From an uncultured bacterium (GTDB taxonomy: Bacteria; Patescibacteriota; Minisyncoccia; Phycocordibacterales; UBA2163), in assembly GCA_913041175.1 (NCBI GenBank), contig CAJWGW010000001.1, positions 1-49,914 of the forward strand: a stretch of DNA of 49,914 nucleotides, read 5' to 3'. Position 1 is the first letter of the stretch; each line of letters begins with the position of its first letter. Positions 17,860-25,652 of this stretch are shown piece by piece. The position numbers were made by a program, and so were the translations under genes. The notes under the pieces were generated by a model. It searched no databases and was not told the origin of the DNA. It was given only the letters and a program-made list of their open reading frames with translations.

Positions 17860-17930
17860 TGCGGGATGGGAGAATCGAACTCCCAACCTCAGTTTGGAAA
17901 ACTGATATTATACCATTTAACTAATCCCGC
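17860..17930 (-). tRNA. tRNA-Gly(UCC)
   Basis: 71-nt cloverleaf GCGGGAT..TCAGT-TTTCCAA-ACTGA..GGGAG-TTCGATT-CTCCC-ATCCCGC-A. Confidence 0.9.
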
Positions 17931-17942
17931 ATATACAAGCAG

Positions 17943-17979
17943 TGCGAAGGCAGTCATTCTACCACTAAACTATACCCGC
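17943..17979 (-). pseudogene. tRNA-like 5' half: acceptor 5' strand, D-arm, anticodon-stem 5' strand and loop
   Basis: GCGGGTATAGTTTAGTGGTAGAATGACTGCCTTCGCA. The first 23 nt are identical to the tRNA-Gly(GCC) gene at 13210. No T-arm follows; the tRNA-Gly(UCC) gene starts 12 nt later. Confidence 0.55.
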
Positions 17980-18024
17980 ATTAGTTTGCATAGTAACAGA
18001 TTTTCTTTTTTAAAACCACAAAAC

Positions 18025-18060
18025 CACAAAACCCACGCGCCTAGGCGCGTGGGTTTTGTG
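18025..18060. terminator. strong bidirectional terminator hairpin downstream of hup
   Basis: Perfect 17-bp stem CACAAAACCCACGCGCC-TA-GGCGCGTGGGTTTTGTG, preceded by AAAACCAC tandem copies. Confidence 0.8.
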
Positions 18061-18103
18061 TCATTTCTCCCCCGGAGAAATTGACTCCCCATAGAGAAAA
18101 ATA

Positions 18104-18376
18104 TTATTTAACTGCGTCCTTAAGAGCCTTTGCCGCTCGGAACTTAGGAATTCTCATTGCCTGAATCTGAATGCTCTCACCTGTGCGAGGGTTTCTGCCC
18201 TGCCTAGCTGCGCGCATTTTTGTTGAAAAAATTCCAAGTCCTGCGATTGACACTTCATCTCCACCCTTAAGTCCACCAATTATTGAGTCAACAACAAGGT
18301 CAACCGCTCTTTCTGCTTGGGCTTTTGTACCGCCAAGCATTTCATGAACTTTATCTGCAATAGATGCTTTATTCAT
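18104..18376 (-). CDS. hup: DNA-binding protein HU
   Basis: MNKASIADKV...GLGIFSTKMRAARQGRNPRTGESIQIQAMRIPKFRAAKALKDAV, a canonical HU/IHF fold signature. Confidence 0.95.
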   Translation of the reverse strand: MNKASIADKVHEMLGGTKAQAERAVDLVVDSIIGGLKGGDEVSIAGLGIFSTKMRAARQGRNPRTGESIQIQAMRIPKFRAAKALKDAVK

Positions 18377-18498
18377 AATTTGTTTATGTCGTTAGTTTAC
18401 TAAACCTCGACCTTAATTGCTTATCCGATTATTATATAGTAAGCCATTATTTACGCAATACCCCTGTGTATAAGTCAGTATGGGTATAAGTATGAGTA

Positions 18499-20028
18499 TT
18501 ATCGCGCATACTCTACAGCTCGTGCCTCTCTTATAACATTAACTTTAATCTCCCCGGGGTATTTAAGTTCGTTTTCTATCTGAAGCGCTATGTTCCTTGC
18601 CATATTTTTAGCTTCAATGTCGGTTATCTTCTCTGGTGTGACGAACACACGCACCTCTCTGCCTGCAGCGATTGCGTATGACTTCTCAACCCCATCGTGC
18701 GCGTTTGCTATTGCCTCAAGTTCTTCAAGTCGCTTTAAGTAGTTCTCCGCAGAGTCCCTTCTGGCGCCGGGCCTTGACCCTGAGATACTGTCTGCAACCT
18801 GTACAATGATTGATTCAATTGTTTCATAAGGATACTCTTCGTGGTGCGACTGCATCGCCTTTACAATATCCTCACTCACTCCAAACTTCTGTAGGATTCT
18901 TCTTCCTATCTCCACATGTGTACCCTGCACCTCGTGGTCAACAGCTTTACCAATGTCGTGCAAGAGCGCCCCTGCTTTTGCGACTGCGACATCCGCGCCA
19001 AGTTCCTGTGCAAGTATCCCTGCAATGTGCGACATCTCTATAGAATGTTGCAAAACATTCTGCCCGTAACTTGTTCTGAAGAACAATCTCCCTAAAATAG
19101 AAACTACTCGTGGGTCAAGGTTAAACACACCGCATTCATAGACGGACTGCTCCCCTTTTTCTTTTATAATCTTATTTACTTCTTTTTTCGCCTTCTCTAC
19201 AACTTCTTCTATCTTCGCTGGCTGTATCCTCCCGTCAATTATCAAAGTCTCAAGCGCGACGCGCGCTACTTGTCTCCTGACTGGGTCAAAGGACGATAGG
19301 GTAATAGCCCCTGGCGTATCGTCAATGATTACATCAACACCTGTTGCTTTCTCAAAAGCTTTAATGTTTCTTCCTTCTTTACCGATTATCTTCCCCTTTA
19401 TCTCGTCAGACGGCAGATTAATATTAGTTGACATCACATCAGAGGGAACTGCGTTACCAAGGCGCTGTATTGCCGCTCCAAGCATCTCTTGCGCCTGTCG
19501 TTCTATTTTCTCTTGTCCTCCAACCTCAAGTTTTCGCATCCTTGAGATAACATCCTCTTCGTACTGCTTCTCTGCGAGCTTCATAAGCTCTTCTTTTGCC
19601 TCAACACTCGTGAACTTTGACACCTTTTCAAGCTCAGTTTGCCTTTTTACACCAAGTTCGTCCACCTTTTCTTTGAAAGCTTTTACTTCTTCTATTTTTT
19701 TCTTGATTTCTTCTGCTTCTTTATCAACATCAAGTTGTCTTTTGTCCAAAAACTCTTCTTTTTTGATAAACCTGTCTTCGTTCTTTTTTATTTGGTTTTC
19801 TTTTTCTTTAAGTTCTACTCCAATCTCTTTCACTATCTCTTTTGCTTTGGTTTCTGCGTTTGAGGTGATGTGTTTGGCTTCTTCTTTTGCTTCAAGCATC
19901 TTTTGCTTGATCTCAAGTTCCATTGAACCTCGTTTCCCGAGAGAAACAATCCAACGCAAGAAATACCCAAACGCAATCCCAACCACAACCGCGATTGCAA
20001 GTAGTACAAATACTATTGTTAATGACAT
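18499..20028 (-). CDS. rny: ribonuclease Y
   Basis: N-terminal TM segment, long Lys/Glu coiled coil, KH domain (GKIIGKEGRNIKAFEKATGVDVIIDD) and HD domain (LLHDIGKAVDHE). Confidence 0.95.
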   Translation of the reverse strand: MSLTIVFVLLAIAVVVGIAFGYFLRWIVSLGKRGSMELEIKQKMLEAKEEAKHITSNAETKAKEIVKEIGVELKEKENQIKKNEDRFIKKEEFLDKRQLDVDKEAEEIKKKIEEVKAFKEKVDELGVKRQTELEKVSKFTSVEAKEELMKLAEKQYEEDVISRMRKLEVGGQEKIERQAQEMLGAAIQRLGNAVPSDVMSTNINLPSDEIKGKIIGKEGRNIKAFEKATGVDVIIDDTPGAITLSSFDPVRRQVARVALETLIIDGRIQPAKIEEVVEKAKKEVNKIIKEKGEQSVYECGVFNLDPRVVSILGRLFFRTSYGQNVLQHSIEMSHIAGILAQELGADVAVAKAGALLHDIGKAVDHEVQGTHVEIGRRILQKFGVSEDIVKAMQSHHEEYPYETIESIIVQVADSISGSRPGARRDSAENYLKRLEELEAIANAHDGVEKSYAIAAGREVRVFVTPEKITDIEAKNMARNIALQIENELKYPGEIKVNVIREARAVEYAR

Positions 20029-20221
20029 ATAAGCGGAAATTCCCGCTTCTCAACGTTTAAAGTGCTCGAGTTTTCAAAAACTGCGAGATATTAATGTAAT
20101 GTGATTTTTCTAACAAAATTTCTGATAGAATTGATTGCCTTAAATCCCCCATAAAAGCTGAAAAACGAAATTTCAAAATTAAATTTAAATAAATGTGTAT
20201 TTTTATACTACCACAAAGCGC

Positions 20222-20262
20222 AAAAAAAGGCAAATTGGCAGATACGACGCCAATTTGCCTTT
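20222..20262 (-). terminator. rho-independent terminator for the 20281-20799 gene
   Basis: AGGCAAATTGGC / GCCAATTTGCCT stem. On the minus strand it is followed by a T-run. Confidence 0.75.
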
Positions 20263-20280
20263 ATGTTCTACTTAAATTTA

Positions 20281-20799
20281 CTAAGATGGAACGAGTTCTT
20301 TCTCCACTGCTTTCTTTTTTTGTGTCTTAACAAAAAGGTCTGCTGTTGCATCATCACGCGTATTGGTTAATTCAGCGATTTCAGAATTAATTTTTTGAAG
20401 TTTGTTATAGTCTTCCATCCACTTCTTTAGTGCTTCAATTTGTCCGGACTCTTTTGCCACATAGATTAGATTTTCTAAAAAAACTTCTTGTTTTTCGTCA
20501 GTTGCTGGGAGAATCTTTTCTGCTTCGTCTATTACATATTCCGGAAGATCTTTTTCTTGATCTGATGTAATTAAAAAAAATATAAAAGAAGAAATTACTA
20601 TTCCTATTACCGCTCTTACAAATTCGTATAGTGCATATGTGTTGTTTTCAACAAAAAAGTAATTAAATCCAGATATTAGGCCACAACCAAAACATACACC
20701 TGTCACCATCAAAGATATTATTACTATAAATAGTAACAATGGTTTTCTATTCCAAAATAACCTCGCAAAAAACATCTTCGCTGGATATACATAAGTCAT
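20281..20799 (-). CDS. hypothetical membrane protein
   Basis: 172-aa ORF with two or three TM segments and an acidic/coiled C-terminal half. No family recognised. Confidence 0.55.
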   Translation of the reverse strand: MTYVYPAKMFFARLFWNRKPLLLFIVIISLMVTGVCFGCGLISGFNYFFVENNTYALYEFVRAVIGIVISSFIFFLITSDQEKDLPEYVIDEAEKILPATDEKQEVFLENLIYVAKESGQIEALKKWMEDYNKLQKINSEIAELTNTRDDATADLFVKTQKKKAVEKELVPS

Positions 20800-20838
20800 A
20801 CTTCACCACCTTTCTTTAAATTTCAACGTTCTAAAATT

Positions 20839-20870
20839 CTATAATGCTATAATGCTATAATGCTATAGAA
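20839..20870. repeat. 8-bp tandem repeat, CTATAATG x3 plus a degenerate copy
   Basis: CTATAATG CTATAATG CTATAATG CTATAGAA, between the clpP stop and the start of the next minus-strand gene. Confidence 0.9.
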
Positions 20871-20908
20871 TAGCATATCAGATAAATCCCAAAAGTCAAG
20901 TGAGAGAT

Positions 20909-21490
20909 TTACGCCTTTGTTTTGTATACCTCGTCAATGAGTCCATACTTCTTCGCCTCATCTGCTCCCATAAAGTAGTCCCTGTCCACATCTTTCTCAA
21001 CTTTCTTTAGGTCTTGTCCTGTGTTTTTGGCAAGTATTTTGTTTAGCTTGTCGCGAAGACCCAAGATGTGCCTTGCGGTAATCTCAATGTCAGTTGCTTG
21101 CCCTTGTGCGCCACCCCACGGCTGGTGAATCATCACTTCTGCGTTTGGAAGCGCAAATCTTTTGCCTTTCTTGCCGGCAGAGAGTAATATCGCACCCCCT
21201 GAAGCTGCAACCCCGATACAAACCGTAGAAACATCCGCCTTGATGTGGTTAATGGTATCAAGCATAGCAAGTGTCGCTGTCACAGAGCCCCCAGGAGAGT
21301 TGATGTAAAGTGAGATATCCTTCTTTGGGTCTTCTGACTCAAGGAAAAGTAGTTGGGCGATAACGATGTTTGCAGTATTGTCATCAATAGGCCCACCAAG
21401 GAAGATTATCCTCTCTTTAAGTAGGCGGGAGTAGATATCAAAAGCCCTCTCCCCAAACTGTGATTTTTCTATAACTGTTGGTATAAGCAT
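20909..21490 (-). CDS. clpP: ATP-dependent Clp protease proteolytic subunit
   Basis: [37 protein letters not shown] and the catalytic Ser context [11 protein letters not shown]. Confidence 0.95.
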   Translation of the reverse strand: MLIPTVIEKSQFGERAFDIYSRLLKERIIFLGGPIDDNTANIVIAQLLFLESEDPKKDISLYINSPGGSVTATLAMLDTINHIKADVSTVCIGVAASGGAILLSAGKKGKRFALPNAEVMIHQPWGGAQGQATDIEITARHILGLRDKLNKILAKNTGQDLKKVEKDVDRDYFMGADEAKKYGLIDEVYKTKA

Positions 21491-21539
21491 AGTTTTTATT
21501 AATTAATCTTTAATTGAGCTCATAGTACCACATATTATC

Positions 21540-21869
21540 TTATTTTGCAAGGAGTTTGGCTTTTTGCAATAGATCAAGCACTTCTGTTTTAAACTTATCG
21601 TATTCAAGCGTACCGGCGCCTTTTTTCGCAAAAAAGGCGCCTACGTATCCAGGCTTCACCCCAGAGGACTTCGCAATAGAGCGTCCTCGGCGCTTAAAGA
21701 GGTTTCTTTTTACTGCCTTTTTGATGACCTTCCCCGAGACGACGAAGTAGAAGCTACTTTTCCCAATACTGGGCATATGAAGCATTTTGAAAGAGACGTG
21801 AGGGGAGTGGTAGGACTTTCCCTTCTTCAAAACCTCACTAAAAAGCTCTTTTACAGTTTTATTTTCCAC
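21540..21869 (-). CDS. rnpA: ribonuclease P protein component
   Basis: Basic 109-aa protein with KKAVKRNLFKRRGRSI (RNR-like motif), immediately downstream of rpmH as in most bacteria. Confidence 0.8.
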   Translation of the reverse strand: MENKTVKELFSEVLKKGKSYHSPHVSFKMLHMPSIGKSSFYFVVSGKVIKKAVKRNLFKRRGRSIAKSSGVKPGYVGAFFAKKGAGTLEYDKFKTEVLDLLQKAKLLAK

Positions 21870-21872
21870 TTT

Positions 21873-22010
21873 TTATACAGTAGTAAGTTTGGTTCTTCCT
21901 TTAATTCTCCTTCTTTTTACAGTTTTTCTCCCACCAGCAGATTTCTTCCGCACTAAAAATCCATGCGTCTTCGCTCTTTTTCTTCTTTTGGGTTGATATG
22001 TTTTTGACAT
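21873..22010 (-). CDS. rpmH: 50S ribosomal protein L34
   Basis: Not in the ORF track (45 aa). [45 protein letters not shown] is a canonical L34 sequence, divergent from dnaA. Confidence 0.92.
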   Translation of the reverse strand: MSKTYQPKRRKRAKTHGFLVRKKSAGGRKTVKRRRIKGRTKLTTV

Positions 22011-22138
22011 GGTTTTGTATTTTGTGGTCTCGTCTTATCCCCACCTTACTAACATCTTATTAACATATATATTCTTTTTGCGCAAGTTTGCAATTTTTCT
22101 TATCCGTATATAATGTATCTAATTAACCAATCAACAAG

Positions 22139-23527
22139 ATGAGTAAAACCATAAATGAAAATGTAATAGACGAAATAAATGTAAAAGAATTATGGGAGAA
22201 TACACTTGTCGACATCGAACTTTCCATCTCCAAAGCAAACTTCAGCACATGGTTTAAAGACACTCACATTATAAAAGTAGAAAACGGTATCGCTTATCTA
22301 AGTGTGCAGAACGAATTTGTAAAAGATTGGCTCTCAAACAAGTACCACAAGTTAATTTTAAAGATCTTAAGAGACTTTATTGGAAGTATTCGTGGTGTCG
22401 AGTACACAATCAAGAAAGATATAGGGAAAGAAGTAGTCGCCGAAGAAGAACACAAGATAGGTGTGAACATAAACAAAGAACTTCCTCTTACTGATTTCTA
22501 TATCAACAAAGACGACAACCTAAACCCGCGTTACACTTTTGAAAACTTCGTAGTCGGGCCGTTCAACGAGCTTGCGCACGCCGCAGCACAAGCAGTAGTG
22601 GGGAAGCCCGGTATAGTGTACAACCCACTTTTCATTTATGGTGGCACTGGTCACGGCAAGACCCACCTTATCCAATCAGTAGGCAACCAACTCAAGAAAA
22701 GAAACCCTGACACAAAAGTTTTCTACACAACATCGGAGAAGTTTGCTATAGATTATATAAACGCAGTCAGAAGTAACAAAGTAAACACACTCTTCAAAGA
22801 AAAGTATAGAAAGTACGACGTACTTATCATCGACGACATACAATTCCTCTCTAATATGGAAAAGACTCGTGAAGAGCTCTTTCACCTTTTCAATGCTCTC
22901 TACGACAACAACAAACAAATCATCTTTTCTTCAGACACACATCCAAATATGATACCGAACCTAGAAGACCGCTTAAAATCAAGGTTTTCTGCTGGTATGA
23001 TTATTGATGTTCCGACTCCAGACCACGAATCAAGGATGGCTATTATCAAGTCCAAATCACTCCAGAATAAATTCATTATAGACGACGAGGTTGTTGATTA
23101 TCTTGCACTCACTATTAAAGGAAATATTCGTGAACTTGAGGGTATTTTAAACTCAATAATTTGCCAATCACAACTAAAAGATAAGGCTCTTACACTAAAT
23201 GATGTTAAAGCACTTATAAAGAATAATATAAAACCAAAGAAATCAATTTCAGTAAAAGATGTTATAAAACAAGTCGCAGACTTTTATCAAATAGATGAAA
23301 GTGTGATTTATAAAAAAACAAGAGTTACAGAAGTTGTTAAACCTCGACAACTTATTATGTATATCCTCCGAGAAGACTTCCATGTGTCCTATCCAACGAT
23401 AGGGCAGAAGCTTGGAGGTCGAGACCATACGACTGTTATACATTCATGTGAGAAAATCAAGAAAGATTTGAAAGTTGATAGTGGACTTGTAAAGGAAGTT
23501 GATCAAATACGGGCGATGTTAAGTTAG
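22139..23527 (+). CDS. dnaA: chromosomal replication initiator protein DnaA
   Basis: AAA+ Walker A GGTGHGKTHL and Walker B LIIDDIQF. C-terminal DNA-binding domain (VKPRQLIMYILRE...GGRDHTTVIHSCEKI). Confidence 0.95.
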   Translation: MSKTINENVIDEINVKELWENTLVDIELSISKANFSTWFKDTHIIKVENGIAYLSVQNEFVKDWLSNKYHKLILKILRDFIGSIRGVEYTIKKDIGKEVVAEEEHKIGVNINKELPLTDFYINKDDNLNPRYTFENFVVGPFNELAHAAAQAVVGKPGIVYNPLFIYGGTGHGKTHLIQSVGNQLKKRNPDTKVFYTTSEKFAIDYINAVRSNKVNTLFKEKYRKYDVLIIDDIQFLSNMEKTREELFHLFNALYDNNKQIIFSSDTHPNMIPNLEDRLKSRFSAGMIIDVPTPDHESRMAIIKSKSLQNKFIIDDEVVDYLALTIKGNIRELEGILNSIICQSQLKDKALTLNDVKALIKNNIKPKKSISVKDVIKQVADFYQIDESVIYKKTRVTEVVKPRQLIMYILREDFHVSYPTIGQKLGGRDHTTVIHSCEKIKKDLKVDSGLVKEVDQIRAMLS

Positions 23528-23740
23528 TGGGGATAAGTTTTGATAAAAAGTAATAAAATATTAAAATTTAATATTTTATTAACAGTATTAGACTTTAATA
23601 CATAACTTATTAACAATTTAATTAGAGATAAAACTTAATTTATATGTATTAAAATATATATAAATTAAGTTATTAAGTTACTAACATAGTTAATAGTAGT
23701 AATAATAAATTTTATATATAAAACTAATTAAACTTATTAT
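23528..23740. promoter_or_regulatory. candidate oriC: DnaA-box-like sites plus an AT-rich unwinding region
   Basis: TGGGGATAA (23528-23536, one mismatch to the reversed DnaA box). Two TTATTAACA copies (23576-23584, 23607-23615). A 14-bp inverted repeat AACTTAATTTATAT/ATATAAATTAAGTT (23632-23645 / 23658-23671). Almost pure A+T, located between dnaA and dnaN. Confidence 0.65.
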
Positions 23741-24844
23741 ATGAAAGTAGAATGTACAAAAGAAAATCTTACAGAGAGTATCTCCATCGCCGAGAAGATC
23801 AGTGGGCGCAATTTAACTCTTCCAGTTTTAAATAATTTACTTCTAATTGCGGAGAATAATAAATTCCTCATACGCTCCACAAACTTAGATCTTGGTGTAG
23901 AGATCGAAGTCCCCGCAAAAATCGTCTCAGAGGGGACTGTCGCAATCTCAGGAGCAGTTTTACATGGACTTGTCTCTACGATTTATAGTAATGATAAAAT
24001 TATTCTCGAAACCATCTCTCAAAACTTAACTGTTTCTACAAAATCAAATAAAGCTCTTATAAAATCAGTTCCTCATGATGATTTTCCAACACTCCCTAAA
24101 GTTAAAGATGGAAAATCAATAAATATTAAATCCCAAGAGTTCATAAATGGCTTAAAATCAGTGTGGTACAGCGCTTCTGTGTCAGCTATCAAACAAGAGC
24201 TTTCAAGTGTTTATATCTACAACGACAGTGGAAAGCTCGTCTTTGTCTCCACAGACTCCTTCAGATTAGCAGAAAAGACCATCGCAGTTGACGAAAAAGT
24301 GAAAGACTTTAAGCCAATCCTTATCCCACTTTCAAATATTTCAGAGATTATCAGGGTACTTGAGTATGTTGGTGGAGAGGTTGAAGTAAATATAGGTGGA
24401 AGTCAAATTTCCTTCGTTTCAGATAAGCTTTACCTCACCTCTCGTCTCATAAATGGAGTTTTCCCCGACTATAAACAGATTATCCCCAAGAAGCAAACTA
24501 CAGAGGTTGTCGTCCTAAAACAAGACATAGTTAACACTCTCAAAAACACAAACGTCTTCTCCGATAAGTTCAATCAAGTGAGTATTTCTATCGACCCAAG
24601 CGCCAAATTGTTCACTATAAGTGCTCGGGATGAACATGTAGGGGAGGTGACAAGTAGTGTAGACTCGGCTATCAAAGGCGAAGCGCTTGATATCAACTTC
24701 AACCACAAATATATCTCAGATTCGTTCCAATCAATTTACTCGGATAGTGTGGGTCTGGAGTTTGCGGGTCTGAGTAAGCCGATGATTGTGAGGGGGGTGG
24801 GGGATGCATCATTTTTTTATCTAGTGATGCCTATGAATAAATAA
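23741..24844 (+). CDS. dnaN: DNA polymerase III subunit beta (sliding clamp)
   Basis: 367 aa, position after dnaA, three-domain clamp pattern (LLIRSTNLDLGVEIEV, VSTDSFRLAEK, YLVMPMN). Confidence 0.92.
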   Translation: MKVECTKENLTESISIAEKISGRNLTLPVLNNLLLIAENNKFLIRSTNLDLGVEIEVPAKIVSEGTVAISGAVLHGLVSTIYSNDKIILETISQNLTVSTKSNKALIKSVPHDDFPTLPKVKDGKSINIKSQEFINGLKSVWYSASVSAIKQELSSVYIYNDSGKLVFVSTDSFRLAEKTIAVDEKVKDFKPILIPLSNISEIIRVLEYVGGEVEVNIGGSQISFVSDKLYLTSRLINGVFPDYKQIIPKKQTTEVVVLKQDIVNTLKNTNVFSDKFNQVSISIDPSAKLFTISARDEHVGEVTSSVDSAIKGEALDINFNHKYISDSFQSIYSDSVGLEFAGLSKPMIVRGVGDASFFYLVMPMNK

Positions 24845-24883
24845 AAACCGCCAAAGAAATTCTTTGACGGTAAAAATAAGTTG

Positions 24884-24974
24884 GCACGAGTTGGGTTGAC
24901 GTAGCCATTCTTAGATGGCGCCTCTCGGAAAGGAGGTTACACATTTCAAAAAAAGAGGTTTCCTCAACTCGTGC
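24884..24974 (+). ncRNA. candidate structured RNA element downstream of dnaN, family unknown
   Basis: 10-bp closing stem GCACGAGTTG (24884-24893) / CAACTCGTGC (24965-24974). It encloses the hairpins GCCAT-TCTTAG-ATGGC and CCTCT-CGGAAA-GGAGG. Strand assignment is tentative. Confidence 0.3.
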
Positions 24975-25180
24975 AATTTACTACCCATCAGTTTAATTAT
25001 AAGGAAGAATCCAATTATTGGAAACTGAATAACTATTTCATGTTTTCCACTGTGAGCAAAATGGTTTTTAGGTGTGTTTGACAAATGGTATAGGCATGAT
25101 ATACTTTCCAACAGAAGTACGATAAAAACCATAGTTAATTTTATCTCATTTAATCTTATTTTGAAGAGGAGAAAGAATAA

Positions 25181-25345
25181 ATGTCCAGGGGTATACATAA
25201 TCTTATAAAAAAAGACCTTGAGTGTACAAAATGTGGAAAAGTGCAAAGTATTCAAAGGCTTAAAAACAGAAACAGAGGAAAAGGCCATACTAAGCATTTA
25301 TGGTGTATAAAATGTAAAGAAAAAACGGCACACATAGAGCTGTAA
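25181..25345 (+). CDS. 54-aa CxxC...CxxC zinc-ribbon protein (hypothetical)
   Basis: Not in the track. The SD GAGGAGAAAG lies 6 nt upstream. MSRGIHNLIKKDLECTKCGKVQSIQRLKNRNRGKGHTKHLWCIKCKEKTAHIEL. Confidence 0.55.
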   Translation: MSRGIHNLIKKDLECTKCGKVQSIQRLKNRNRGKGHTKHLWCIKCKEKTAHIEL

Positions 25346-25396
25346 AAAAACATTACTTTTGTATTAGAAAGAAAGGTGTTTGTGGGGGAACAGGCC

Positions 25397-25534
25397 ATGG
25401 ATAAAAAAAAGAAGGTGATTAAACTTGCCAAAGTTTTTAAACGCTGTATAAGTTGTGGAGAGAGAATACGTGACGACAATTGGTGTTGTACTTGTAACGA
25501 ATTTGTAAAAGAACGAGATGTATATCCAGAATAA
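25397..25534 (+). CDS. 45-aa CxxC...CCxC zinc-ribbon protein (hypothetical)
   Basis: Not in the track. MDKKKKVIKLAKVFKRCISCGERIRDDNWCCTCNEFVKERDVYPE, followed by a terminator. A GTG at 25376 is also in frame. Confidence 0.45.
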   Translation: MDKKKKVIKLAKVFKRCISCGERIRDDNWCCTCNEFVKERDVYPE

Positions 25535-25541
25535 TAATAAA

Positions 25542-25572
25542 TCCCGAAGTGCTTGCGCTTCGGGAGTTTTTT
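25542..25572 (+). terminator. rho-independent terminator
   Basis: TCCCGAAG-TGCTTGCG-CTTCGGGA followed by GTTTTTT. Confidence 0.8.
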
Positions 25573-25652
25573 ATCCCATTAGAAATAGAGGTGCTGCACG
25601 ACCTCGCGATTTCTAACAGGATTTATTTTTAAAACCATAGTATCCTTTAGCT

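Noticed and set aside
17584-18084. Track ORFs 17584-17886 (-) and 17761-18084 (+)
   Set aside because: They run through tRNA genes, a terminator hairpin and the antisense of the PEA-repeat ORF. Their translations are repeat artefacts (ASGAASGAASG), so they are not coding.
20839-20870. CRISPR array
   Set aside because: The only short tandem repeats in the window (8-bp CTATAATG x3, a 6-bp microsatellite in nirK, AAAACCAC x3 at 18013-18036) have no spacers and are far too short. No cas genes are present.
24911-25479. Minus-strand ORFs 24911-25297 and 25252-25479
   Set aside because: Their composition is hydrophobic and low-complexity, and no SD is present. They overlap plus-strand mini-ORFs that have an SD, CxxC pairs and a terminator, so the plus-strand reading is preferred.
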